Assembly: GCA_045128735.1 (NCBI GenBank) | Contig: JBGVRT010000007.1 | Coordinates: 31,003-95,002 of the forward strand | DNA length: 64,000 nt | Direction: 5' to 3' | Source: Eubacteriales bacterium | GTDB lineage: Bacteria; Bacillota; Clostridia; Oscillospirales; CAG-272 | In this document: positions 1 to 8,693 of the stretch, piece after piece | How the letters are laid out: every line of letters starts with the position of its first letter | Numbering within the stretch: the stretch's first letter is position 1 | Position numbers and translations under genes: made by a program | Notes under the pieces: model-generated | Database searches by the model: none | What the model was told of the DNA's origin: nothing | Seen by the model: the letters and a program-made list of their open reading frames with translations, nothing else

Positions 1-343
1 CCTTAACGATACCGGGAATGATGAAAAGCAGCGACCAAAGGAATTTGAAGATGGTTATCATAAGATAGAGCAGGAAGTTCTGCGCAAAATCCTTAAAGCC
101 GTCGAAAATGTTTTCGATAGAGGGAGTCTCGGCTCTTGCAAGCTTCATAAAGTAACCGAACAGACCTACACTTAAAGGACCTGTTATGAGCAATAATGCG
201 ATGATTCCTATACCGGTAGCGGCGCAAATACCAACGATAAGAGAGCAGATAAGATAAGCGAGAAGCGCCATCATCCAATTGTTGTTGAAAATATTGCCGC
301 CAAGGTCTTGGCGCGACTTGGCTCTGATTTCGTAGTTAGACAT
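1..343 (-). CDS. DUF975-family membrane protein (partial, runs off window start)
   Basis: Not in ORF track. Manual translation from ATG 343 with GGAGG RBS at 351-355: MSNYEIRAKSRQDLGGNIF...GPLSVG...IFDGFKDF...FLWSLLFIIPGIVK; LWSLLFIIPGI is typical of DUF975. Confidence 0.8.
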   Translation of the reverse strand, partial: MSNYEIRAKSRQDLGGNIFNNNWMMALLAYLICSLIVGICAATGIGIIALLLITGPLSVGLFGYFMKLARAETPSIENIFDGFKDFAQNFLLYLMITIFKFLWSLLFIIPGIVK

Positions 344-441
344 ATAAATACCTCCAAAATATATTTGCTAAATAATAGCTCAATTTATTTTATCACAAAA
401 CAACAATATTGTCAATATTTATCGTAAAAGAGAGAAAAATT

Positions 442-1116
442 ATGAGAATGAGAAAAAAGAAAAACGGAGCGGCAAGAATTGCGGCTTGCAGTGATTTGCT
501 TATAAGCGACGTTGAAGTACTTAAGGAAGACCCACAGTATTCATTCCTCGAAAGAAGACCGCTTTATATCGAGATAGGTTGCGGAAAGGGCAATTTTGCC
601 TGCGGTATCGCGGCGGTACACCACGAGGCGAATTTTATCGCCATGGAAAAGGTACCCGACGTGGCTTGCCTTGCCCTTGAAAAAGCAAAGGCGAGAGCTG
701 ATGAGCGCCCTACTCCCGACAACCTCAGATTTATTATCGGTGACGCCAAAAACCTCTCGGAGTGGTTTCCCGATAGCTGTGCAGACAGACTTTATCTTAA
801 TTTCAGCGACCCGTGGCCAAAAGCGGGACACGCCAAGCGCAGACTTACTTACCGCGCTTTTCTTGAACTTTACCGCAAGATACTTAAGGACGGCGGTGAG
901 CTTATACTTAAAACCGATAACGTGGGCTTGTTTGACTTCAGTCTTGAGGAGTTCGAGGCGTGCAGACTTGAGCTTGTATGGATGACACGCGACCTTCATA
1001 ATTCTGAATACAATGTGGGTAACGTGATGACCGAGTACGAAGCGAATTTCTCGTCGCAGGGTTATCCGATATGCTCTGCTAAAGTAATATTCCGTAAGGA
1101 GATTAAAAATGATTAA
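442..1116 (+). CDS. trmB: tRNA (guanine-N7)-methyltransferase
   Basis: EIGCGKG, NFSDPWPK..HAKRRLT, KTDN, MTEYE motifs; MRMRKK start at 442. Confidence 0.95.
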   Translation: MRMRKKKNGAARIAACSDLLISDVEVLKEDPQYSFLERRPLYIEIGCGKGNFACGIAAVHHEANFIAMEKVPDVACLALEKAKARADERPTPDNLRFIIGDAKNLSEWFPDSCADRLYLNFSDPWPKAGHAKRRLTYRAFLELYRKILKDGGELILKTDNVGLFDFSLEEFEACRLELVWMTRDLHNSEYNVGNVMTEYEANFSSQGYPICSAKVIFRKEIKND

Positions 1117-1678
1117 AGAGCTGATGAAAAAAGAGAGAAGCTACCGAAGCTTTGACGAAAGCGTAAAGATAGATCGCGAAACTCTTGTGGGATTTGTCGA
1201 AAATTCGCGGCTTATACCGTCAAGCGTCAATCTTCAACCTCTCAAGTACAGAATATGTACAGATAAATCAGAATGCGATACTGTGCTGTCGCTTACAAAA
1301 TGGGCGGCACTTCTTAAGGAGTACGAAATTCCCCCCAAGGGGCACGCGCCCACAGCTTATATAGTTATCTGTATAGATAAAAATGTCAGCGATAAAAGCA
1401 TATTTGAAAAGGATGTGGGAATTGCCGCGCAGACAATAATGCTTTCTGCGGTTGAGGCTGGCTTTGGCGGTTGTATGATAGGCAATTTTGCTCCTTCAAA
1501 GGTTGCCGAAGCCCTTAATTTGCCCGACGGCGTTGTTCCTTCGCTTGTTCTCGGATTGGGCAAGCCCGACGAGAAAATTACCGTTGAGTCTATAGACGAG
1601 AAGGGAAGCAACTATTACCGCGATGAAAAGGGCGTGCATCACGTTCCTAAGCGTTCGCTTGACGAGATAATTCTTTGA
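1109..1678 (+). CDS. Nitroreductase family protein
   Basis: RSYRSF, PSSVNLQP, DVGIAAQTIMLSAVEAGFGGC, PKRSLDE. Confidence 0.9.
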   Translation: MIKELMKKERSYRSFDESVKIDRETLVGFVENSRLIPSSVNLQPLKYRICTDKSECDTVLSLTKWAALLKEYEIPPKGHAPTAYIVICIDKNVSDKSIFEKDVGIAAQTIMLSAVEAGFGGCMIGNFAPSKVAEALNLPDGVVPSLVLGLGKPDEKITVESIDEKGSNYYRDEKGVHHVPKRSLDEIIL

Positions 1679-1685
1679 GGTAAGT

Positions 1686-2606
1686 ATGTCTGAAATAATG
1701 AAAAACGAGCCGTGCGGCGTTCTCCTTGTAAATAAACATAAGGGTGTTACGTCGCACGATATAGTGTACAAGATACGAAAGCTTTACGGCACGAAAAAGG
1801 TGGGACATACGGGTACGCTTGACCCGCTTGCCACAGGTATCCTTGTGGTGCTTATAGGGCGCGCCGCAAAGGCGGCGGAGTATCTTGTGTGCGACAGTAA
1901 AAAATACCGCGCAACAATGCGCTTGGGGCTTACAAGTGACAGCGAGGATATAATGGGAAATATACTTACCGAAAGTACGGATATACCCGATTGTGAGCGT
2001 GTTAGAAGTATATGCGCGGAGTTTGTGGGAGATATCAAGCAAATACCGCCTATGTACAGCGCACTTAAGGTGGACGGCAGAAAGCTTGTTGACCTTGCGC
2101 GAGAAGGAAAAACTGTAGAACGCCAAGCACGGGATATTACCGTTTATTCGCTTGACGTAACGGCGACCGACAGCAAAACAGATTATATTCTCGACGTGTA
2201 TTGCTCGTCGGGAACTTATATCCGCACGCTTTGCGCCGACATTGGTGCGAGAATTGGTTGCGGTGCGGTAATGGCAGAGCTTGAACGCCGTGAAGCGGGC
2301 GGTTTCGATATTGAAAACAGCCATAGCATAGAAAAGCTTGAGAAAATGAGCGAAGTCGAGCGAGAGGCATTGCTTATTCCAATTGAAAGCCTTTTCGCCT
2401 CGCTCGAAGCTGTGCGCTTAGAGGAGTTTTACGAAAGACTCTCGCGTAATGGCTGTGAGATATATCAAAGGAAGATAAAAACAAACCTTCCCGTTGGAGC
2501 TCGCGTAAGAATGCTTACTAAAAAGGGCGAATTTTACGCTCTCGGCGAGGTACGCGAGTATGAGAACGGAACGGCAATAAAGGCAATAAAGCTCTTTGAC
2601 ATATAG
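1686..2606 (+). CDS. truB: tRNA pseudouridine(55) synthase
   Basis: KVGHTGTLDPLATG, QIPPMYSALK, CSSGTYIRTL. Confidence 0.96.
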   Translation: MSEIMKNEPCGVLLVNKHKGVTSHDIVYKIRKLYGTKKVGHTGTLDPLATGILVVLIGRAAKAAEYLVCDSKKYRATMRLGLTSDSEDIMGNILTESTDIPDCERVRSICAEFVGDIKQIPPMYSALKVDGRKLVDLAREGKTVERQARDITVYSLDVTATDSKTDYILDVYCSSGTYIRTLCADIGARIGCGAVMAELERREAGGFDIENSHSIEKLEKMSEVEREALLIPIESLFASLEAVRLEEFYERLSRNGCEIYQRKIKTNLPVGARVRMLTKKGEFYALGEVREYENGTAIKAIKLFDI

Positions 2607-2614
2607 GTGGCAAA

Positions 2615-3286
2615 ATGGAAATTCTCTATGAAGATAAAAATATTCTTTTCTGCGTAAAGCCTGCGGGGGTGATCTCCCAAAGCGATGAAAAAGGGAGAGA
2701 TAATATGCCTGCACTGCTCGCGGAGCAATGCGGTTGTGAGATATTTCCCGTTCACCGACTTGACAAAGAGGTGGGCGGTGTTATGGTTTTTGCCAAGAGC
2801 TCTTTTGCGGCGGCGAAAATGTCCGTGCTAACCGCATCACACGATAAATTCATAAAGGAATACCTTGCCGTGGTAGAGGGAAGCCCCGAAGAATCGGGTG
2901 TTCTTGAGGATCTTCTTTACCACGATAAGAATAAAAATAAAACCTACGTTGTGAAAAAGGAACGTCGGGGAGTGAAAAAAGCCAAGCTTTCGTATGAAAC
3001 GCTCGGACGCGTCTCCGAAAACGGCAAAGAGCTTACGCTTGTCAAGGTCAAACTCTATACGGGAAGAACACATCAGATAAGAGTGCAGTTTGCCTCTCGC
3101 GGTTTTCCCATAGTCGGAGATCGCCGTTACGGCGCGTCGGTAGCAAATAATAACAAAATACATTTATTTTCATACAAAATAGAATTTAGTTCACCTTTTG
3201 ATGAAAAGTATCACGCCATACGAGTTCTTCTTTTTAATTCTGAAATATGGACATTATTTGATAAAGAAAAAGCCTATCTGTTTTGA
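2615..3286 (+). CDS. RluA-family RNA pseudouridine synthase
   Basis: KPAG, VHRLDKEVGG, TGRTHQIRVQ, IVGDRRYG; no S4 domain. Confidence 0.92.
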   Translation: MEILYEDKNILFCVKPAGVISQSDEKGRDNMPALLAEQCGCEIFPVHRLDKEVGGVMVFAKSSFAAAKMSVLTASHDKFIKEYLAVVEGSPEESGVLEDLLYHDKNKNKTYVVKKERRGVKKAKLSYETLGRVSENGKELTLVKVKLYTGRTHQIRVQFASRGFPIVGDRRYGASVANNNKIHLFSYKIEFSSPFDEKYHAIRVLLFNSEIWTLFDKEKAYLF

Positions 3287-3303
3287 ATAAGATAGGCTTT
3301 TTT
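3267..3303. terminator. Bidirectional intrinsic terminator
   Basis: AAAAAGCCTATCT...AGATAGGCTTTTT between convergent genes. Confidence 0.8.
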
Positions 3304-3304
3304 G

Positions 3305-3655
3305 TTAATTCTCTTTGTCATCAATTAGCATTAAGATGCCAGCAACTAAGTTAACAAAAATTAGTGTGCATATTTTAAAAGCTGTGCCAATCGGTTCTTT
3401 GTTTTTTATCTTCTTATAGTAAGATATTGTCATAGGGATGCACCAAGCAAGCGGAACAAGTAAAAAGAGCCAAGCGTTTGCCACGGTTCCAATTATCATA
3501 AATATTTTGATTGCTTCAACAAAGGCACCAGATTTTTTTTGATCATTTTGGAGGTTATATGTAGTATGAGATGAAGTTTCTGCCATACAACCACACTTTG
3601 GGCAAATTACAGCTTCGTCATATAACTGATTTCCACATTTTGAACAATATTTCAT
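3305..3655 (-). CDS. Zinc-ribbon-domain small membrane protein
   Basis: N-terminal YCSKCG...ICPKCG plus hydrophobic C-terminal helices; AAGGAG RBS; AT-rich. Confidence 0.8.
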   Translation of the reverse strand: MKYCSKCGNQLYDEAVICPKCGCMAETSSHTTYNLQNDQKKSGAFVEAIKIFMIIGTVANAWLFLLVPLAWCIPMTISYYKKIKNKEPIGTAFKICTLIFVNLVAGILMLIDDKEN

Positions 3656-3843
3656 TTTTTTCTCCTTTGAATTTTTTAGTTTTAGATACTAATACGACAT
3701 TTAGCAGTTGTGGATTGAATCTTCTTGGTAATTATAACATAAAAAAAACTAAATGTCAACTTTATTTTTTTTCTTTTTTGTATTTTTCGATAAATTTTGC
3801 ATTCCGCGACTGCTATAATGTTAAGAGAATGATATTTTAAGGA

Positions 3844-4938
3844 GTGATAGATATTAACGTTAACAATGTAGCGGGTATTATTTTTTCAAACCTGCACGAC
3901 AGAAGCGTTCCCGAACTTACGGGGAACAGAACTATGGGGGCTATCCCTTTTTGCGGCGGTTACAGAATGATCGATTTTCCCCTTTCGGTAATGGCGAAGG
4001 CGGGAATACGTAACGTAAGCGTTATTGCTCACCATAATTTCGAGTCGCTTGTGGAGCATATCGGAAGCGGCGCGGAGTGGGGCTTTCCTGTGGACAGAGG
4101 AGGCGTAAAAATTATTTCGCCTTATATGACGGCATACGCCAAAAGCAGTGAGGAGCTTTACACCTCACGTCTTGAAACGCTGAAAAGCATTTGCAATAAC
4201 CTTGAGCGAATGAAAGAAAAATACATAGTTATGTGCGACTGTGACTGTGTTTTTAATATTGACATAACTGAGATGATAGAGTTCCACGTTGAGAACCGAG
4301 CCGACATAACGGTATGTACCGAATCGGGGCTTTGCGCTGATGAAAACGGCAGGATAACCGAGCTTGACAGAAGTCCGTCTGCGGCGTTTGATCTTAACGT
4401 AAACCTTTGGGTGGTTAACAGAGACTATCTTGTCGGAATGGTTAAAAACGCCGCCGCGCGAGGTTACTCCGATATGACCTGCGACGTAATGGGGCGAAAT
4501 CTTATGAAGGACAGATTTTTTGAGTATGTGTACCGTGGTGATATTCTGCGCATAAAAAGTCTTTCGGATTATTACCGAACCAATATGAGATTGCTTGCTG
4601 ATACCCCGCTTCGGGAAAATATGCTTGATGGAATAAACAGCCGCAGAACCCCTTATTCACTCACGGGAATAGGTAGTGAGGCACAAATAACGGCATCAGT
4701 TATTTCGGAGGGGTGCCACATAGACGGAAGGCTTGAAAATTGCATAGTTTTTCGCGGTGTAAGGGTAGAGAAGGGGGCTGTGGTGAAAAATTCAATACTC
4801 TTCCCAAGCGTTACGGTTTCCGAGGGCGCCAAGCTTGATTTTGTTATCGCAGATAAAAACACCAACGTGAGAGAGGGGAATATTCTTGCGGGATGCAGAA
4901 TGTTGCCGTACTTTTTTGGGGGAAAAAAGATAATTTAA
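3844..4938 (+). CDS. glgD: Glucose-1-phosphate adenylyltransferase subunit GlgD-like
   Basis: ELTGNRTMGAIPFCGGYRMIDFPLS; left-handed beta-helix C-terminus (IVFRGVRVEKGAVVKNSIL); lacks GlgC LAGG motif. Confidence 0.8.
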   Translation: MIDINVNNVAGIIFSNLHDRSVPELTGNRTMGAIPFCGGYRMIDFPLSVMAKAGIRNVSVIAHHNFESLVEHIGSGAEWGFPVDRGGVKIISPYMTAYAKSSEELYTSRLETLKSICNNLERMKEKYIVMCDCDCVFNIDITEMIEFHVENRADITVCTESGLCADENGRITELDRSPSAAFDLNVNLWVVNRDYLVGMVKNAAARGYSDMTCDVMGRNLMKDRFFEYVYRGDILRIKSLSDYYRTNMRLLADTPLRENMLDGINSRRTPYSLTGIGSEAQITASVISEGCHIDGRLENCIVFRGVRVEKGAVVKNSILFPSVTVSEGAKLDFVIADKNTNVREGNILAGCRMLPYFFGGKKII

Positions 4939-5040
4939 CACATTGGGAAGAAAACTTGTCCAAAAGTTTACAATAAGGGCTTGATTATTTCGCGTCATTG
5001 AGGTAAAATATACTTGACTGAAATTGAAAGAGAGACCGAA

Positions 5041-6462
5041 ATGGATAGAAATAAAAAGCTTTTATCAAATACCTTGATTCTTGCACTCGGCACATTTGGC
5101 TCAAAGCTGCTTGTGTTCCTTATGATGCCGCTGTATACAGCGGTCCTTGCAAGCGATCAGTTCAGCGTTGCCGATCTTATATCGCAAACAGCCAATCTGC
5201 TTATCCCGCTTGCGTGTATCGGTATTGTGGACGGAATATTCAGATTCACGCTCGACGGAGAGGGCGAAAGAAAAAAGACCTTTTCTTCGGGGCTTGCCGT
5301 GTTGCTTGTATCGTCCGCGATTTTTGCGGTTATAGCGGTTATTATTGACCTTGTTGGAATACCCGGACAGATGGGCGAATACGTCTGGCTTGTCGCATTT
5401 TACGTTATTGCCGCTAATATTCACTCTGCGGTGGCTCAGTATATAAGAGCAAAAGGGAACACCGTACTGTTTTCTGTGGGCGGAATGATAGGTACGCTTT
5501 TAACCGTTGCGTTTAATATTCTTTTCCTCATAGTTTTCAAATGGGGCGTGCTTGGCTACGTGCTTTCGGTTGTGATTGCCGACGTGGTTATCACAGTGAT
5601 ACTTTTTATTGTAGCAAAGCTGTACCGTGATATTGATTTCAGGCTTGTTGACAAAAACAAAATATTCGAAATGCTCAAATACAGTATACCTATGATTCCG
5701 ACCACGATATTTTGGTGGATCACAAACGTTTCAGACAGGTATATGGTTTCGGCTATGGTTGGTCATGACGTAAACGGACTTTATTCCGCAGCGTATAAAA
5801 TTCCTACGCTGTTAACTCTGCTTTGTATGGTATTTATTGAAGCGTGGCAGTTCTCTGCGGTAAGCGAAAGCGACGAAAAGGAAAGGGCAGACTTTTTTAC
5901 ATCGGTGTTTTCGGCTTATCAGGGAATAATGTTTATGGCTGCTTCTGCACTTATTCTTTTCTCAAAGGTTGCTACAGTAATATTGCTTGACGACAGCTAT
6001 TACGATTCGTGGCAATATATTCCCGTTCTCGCTGTTGCAATGGCGTATTCTGCTCTTGTAACCTTTATGGGAAGCGTGTACCTTGTTAAAAAGAAAAGTG
6101 TTATGTCGTTCGTTACCGCAACCATAGGCGCTTTGGTAAACGTTGTACTTAACTTTTTGCTTATTCCCCATTTTTCGGCAATGGGTGCGGCAATAGCTAC
6201 CTTTGCAAGCTACTTTACCGTTATGATAATAAGAAGTATAAACACAAAAAAATATGTTCCGTTCAATATGGGAATTATACGGCTGGCTTTTAATACCGTT
6301 GCCGTGGTTGTGCAAGCTACTGTGATGGTGCTTGAGATAAAATATTGGATAGCTATCGAAATTGTAATGTTTGCGACGGTTTTAGCGGTGAATGGCAGAG
6401 ATATACTTCGCGGTGTAATCGGAATGTTAAAAAAATTCAAGAAAAAGTCGAAAAAAATTTGA
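5041..6462 (+). CDS. MOP-superfamily polysaccharide flippase (Wzx-like)
   Basis: NTLILALGTFGSKLLVFLMMPLYT, SDRYMV..GLYSAAYKIP, GAAIAT; many TM helices. Confidence 0.85.
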   Translation: MDRNKKLLSNTLILALGTFGSKLLVFLMMPLYTAVLASDQFSVADLISQTANLLIPLACIGIVDGIFRFTLDGEGERKKTFSSGLAVLLVSSAIFAVIAVIIDLVGIPGQMGEYVWLVAFYVIAANIHSAVAQYIRAKGNTVLFSVGGMIGTLLTVAFNILFLIVFKWGVLGYVLSVVIADVVITVILFIVAKLYRDIDFRLVDKNKIFEMLKYSIPMIPTTIFWWITNVSDRYMVSAMVGHDVNGLYSAAYKIPTLLTLLCMVFIEAWQFSAVSESDEKERADFFTSVFSAYQGIMFMAASALILFSKVATVILLDDSYYDSWQYIPVLAVAMAYSALVTFMGSVYLVKKKSVMSFVTATIGALVNVVLNFLLIPHFSAMGAAIATFASYFTVMIIRSINTKKYVPFNMGIIRLAFNTVAVVVQATVMVLEIKYWIAIEIVMFATVLAVNGRDILRGVIGMLKKFKKKSKKI

Positions 6463-6469
6463 AAATCTA

Positions 6470-6498
6470 TTGACAAATATCTTAAAGTGTGGTAGAAT
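6470..6498 (+). promoter_or_regulatory. sigmaA promoter of rplS
   Basis: TTGACA-17bp-TAGAAT with TG extension. Confidence 0.85.
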
Positions 6499-6530
6499 AT
6501 TCACACTGTGTGCTTTTGGCGCACAATTAA

Positions 6531-6566
6531 AGAACAGTCCGCTGCGATGCTCTGCATGAATGTTCT
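6531..6566 (+). ncRNA. L19 ribosomal protein leader (cis-regulatory RNA)
   Basis: AGAACA...TGTTCT stem enclosing CCGCTG just upstream of the rplS RBS; resembles the Firmicute L19_leader from memory. Confidence 0.65.
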
Positions 6567-6589
6567 GATTATTAAGGAGGGCCAAAAAA

Positions 6590-6931
6590 ATGGATATTAT
6601 CAAGGCTTTTACAAGTGAGCAGCTCAAGGAGAACGTTCCTACTGTTAACGTTGGTGACACAATTCGTGTTCACAACAAGATCAAGGAGGGTTCTCGTGAA
6701 AGAATTCAGATGTTCGAGGGTACCGTTATCGCAAAGCACGGCGGCGGAATCTCCGAGACATTCACCGTAAGACGTGTTTCTTGCGGCTGTGGCGTGGAAA
6801 AGACGTTCCCCATTCATTCTCCCAACGTAGAGAAGGTTGACGTTATCCGCGTAGGTAAGGTTAGACGTGCAAAGCTTTACTATCTCCGTGATAGAGTTGG
6901 TAAGGCATCTAAGGTTAAAGAGAAGATATAA
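6590..6931 (+). CDS. rplS: 50S ribosomal protein L19
   Basis: [33 protein letters not shown]. Confidence 0.98.
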   Translation: MDIIKAFTSEQLKENVPTVNVGDTIRVHNKIKEGSRERIQMFEGTVIAKHGGGISETFTVRRVSCGCGVEKTFPIHSPNVEKVDVIRVGKVRRAKLYYLRDRVGKASKVKEKI

Positions 6932-6950
6932 GCTTTTCTGAAATCTGATA

Positions 6951-6990
6951 AAAGGGTGCGAGCGGCTTGTCCGAGCGCACCTTTTTGTTT
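6951..6990 (+). terminator. Intrinsic terminator after rplS
   Basis: AAAGGGTGCG...CGCACCTTTTT. Confidence 0.8.
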
Positions 6991-7180
6991 TGCTTGCAAG
7001 AGGGAGTTTTCAAATCCGAGATTTGTTCAAAAAAGGGAAGTACTTGATCATTGCCCAAGGAAATTTCAGTCTTAAGAGGCGAAAAAGCCAATCTGGATTA
7101 CGAATTTTGAATTTTTTTGCCGTAATGTGTCAACAAATCAAAAAAATTGATAAAATATCGAAACTTTTTTCAAAAAACTA

Positions 7181-7209
7181 TAGACATTTTTGAAAAAATA
7201 TTATATAAT
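7181..7209 (+). promoter_or_regulatory. sigmaA promoter of hydrogenase operon
   Basis: TAGACA-17bp-TATAAT. Confidence 0.75.
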
Positions 7210-7306
7210 AAAGCGGTATAGTTATACGCGAAAGTGTGTGACCGACAATCGCGGCGGTTGTGTAAGGCAAGCACAGCCGACCGACAAATTATTTTTTTAT
7301 CCGCGA

Positions 7307-7324
7307 TAGTTAAAAAAATATCAA
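7307..7324. promoter_or_regulatory. Putative Rex operator
   Basis: TAGTTAAAAAAATATCAA, 3 mismatches to TTGTTAA-N4-TTAACAA, just before the RBS of a NADH-linked hydrogenase operon. Confidence 0.45.
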
Positions 7325-7340
7325 TCAGGAGGTACTATCA

Positions 7341-7835
7341 ATGAAAAAGAAATTGACGACAGTCGAATTTCGTGGCACTAAGGAGCAGGAAGAAAAGCTT
7401 CTTGAGGTAATTGCGAAGTACGACGGTGTTCCCGGAAAGACAATGCCTATTCTCCAGGAAGCACAGGACATCTACGGTTATCTTCCCATCGAGGTTCAGA
7501 AGATAATTGCAGACAAGACAGGAATTCCGCTTGAGGAGATCTTCGGAATCGCGTCCTTCTACGCACAGTTCAAGCTTAACCCCAACGGCGAGGTATCTAT
7601 TGCCGTATGTCTTGGTACAGCTTGCTATGTAAAGGGTTCGGGCGATATTATCGAAGAGTTCTCCAGACAGCTTGACCTTCCCGTAGGAAGCACGTCTCCC
7701 GACGGAAAGTATTCTATCGAAGCTACTCGTTGCATCGGTGCTTGCGGTCTTGCTCCCGTTCTTACGGTTAACGGTGACGTATACGGCAGACTTACCAAAG
7801 CAGACGTTGCCGGAATTCTTGCAAAGTATAAATAA
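7341..7835 (+). CDS. hndA: Bifurcating [FeFe]-hydrogenase NuoE-like [2Fe-2S] subunit (HndA/HydC)
   Basis: CLGTACYVKG, CIGACGLAPV. Confidence 0.92.
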   Translation: MKKKLTTVEFRGTKEQEEKLLEVIAKYDGVPGKTMPILQEAQDIYGYLPIEVQKIIADKTGIPLEEIFGIASFYAQFKLNPNGEVSIAVCLGTACYVKGSGDIIEEFSRQLDLPVGSTSPDGKYSIEATRCIGACGLAPVLTVNGDVYGRLTKADVAGILAKYK

Positions 7836-7881
7836 TTTTTCTTGATTTATTCTGCGTTACATAACGCATTGGAGAAAAAGT

Positions 7882-8232
7882 ATGAGGATTAGTGAAATCA
7901 GAGACCTTCTCGGAGCAGAGGTGATGACAGGGGAGGAAGCGCTTGACCGTGAAGTATTGTCGGCTTTTTGTTGCGATATGATGAGCGACGTTCTGGCGTA
8001 CGTTAAAGATCAGGGTGTTCTTGTTACAGGTCTTGTTAACCCTCAGGTCATTCGCACTGCAAATATGATGGATATAGTTTGTATCGTGTTTGTCAGAGGT
8101 AAGGCGCCAACCGAAGAGATGATAGAGCTTGCGAAAGAATTCGACATTGCTGTTTTACTCACCGAAAAACGTGCGTTTGATACAAGCGGTATTCTTTATA
8201 TGGCAGGTCTTTCAAGAAATATTGAGGGTTAG
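7882..8232 (+). CDS. DRTGG-domain protein
   Basis: DMMSDVLA...VTGLVNPQVIRTA..MD...IVFVRGK.P. Confidence 0.82.
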   Translation: MRISEIRDLLGAEVMTGEEALDREVLSAFCCDMMSDVLAYVKDQGVLVTGLVNPQVIRTANMMDIVCIVFVRGKAPTEEMIELAKEFDIAVLLTEKRAFDTSGILYMAGLSRNIEG

Positions 8233-8235
8233 AAT

Positions 8236-8658
8236 ATGTCTGAACCCTTAAGATTTCATTTTGATGTTGACGGCTCCGACTTTTCAAGTGCGGGCGCCGC
8301 ATCTGTTCTGGTTAAGAAAAAACTGCGTCAACTTTCATACAACCCCGAGGTTATACGAAAGGTCTCAATAGCGATGTACGAGGGTGAAATAAATATGGTT
8401 ATTCACGCAAACGGCGGAACTGCTGATGTAGAGCTGTCGGATGATGAAATAGTCATAATCCTCAGCGATAAGGGACCGGGTATACCCGACGTGGAGCTTG
8501 CGATGCAGGCGGGATATTCCACAGCTCACGAAAACATCCGCAATCTCGGATTCGGAGCAGGTATGGGAATTCCCAATATGAAAAAATATACGGACTATAT
8601 GCATATTGATACTGTTGTGGGTGAGGGAACTACAGTTACTATGAAGGTTAAGCTGTAA
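8236..8658 (+). CDS. RsbT/RsbW-like GHKL Ser/Thr kinase (anti-sigma regulatory factor family)
   Basis: YEGEINMVIHA (N box), DKGPGI (G1), GYST, GFGAGMG (G2), GEGTTV. Confidence 0.85.
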   Translation: MSEPLRFHFDVDGSDFSSAGAASVLVKKKLRQLSYNPEVIRKVSIAMYEGEINMVIHANGGTADVELSDDEIVIILSDKGPGIPDVELAMQAGYSTAHENIRNLGFGAGMGIPNMKKYTDYMHIDTVVGEGTTVTMKVKL

Positions 8659-8693
8659 CTTGCCCAAAAACAAATGAATCTATCGAGGTACAT

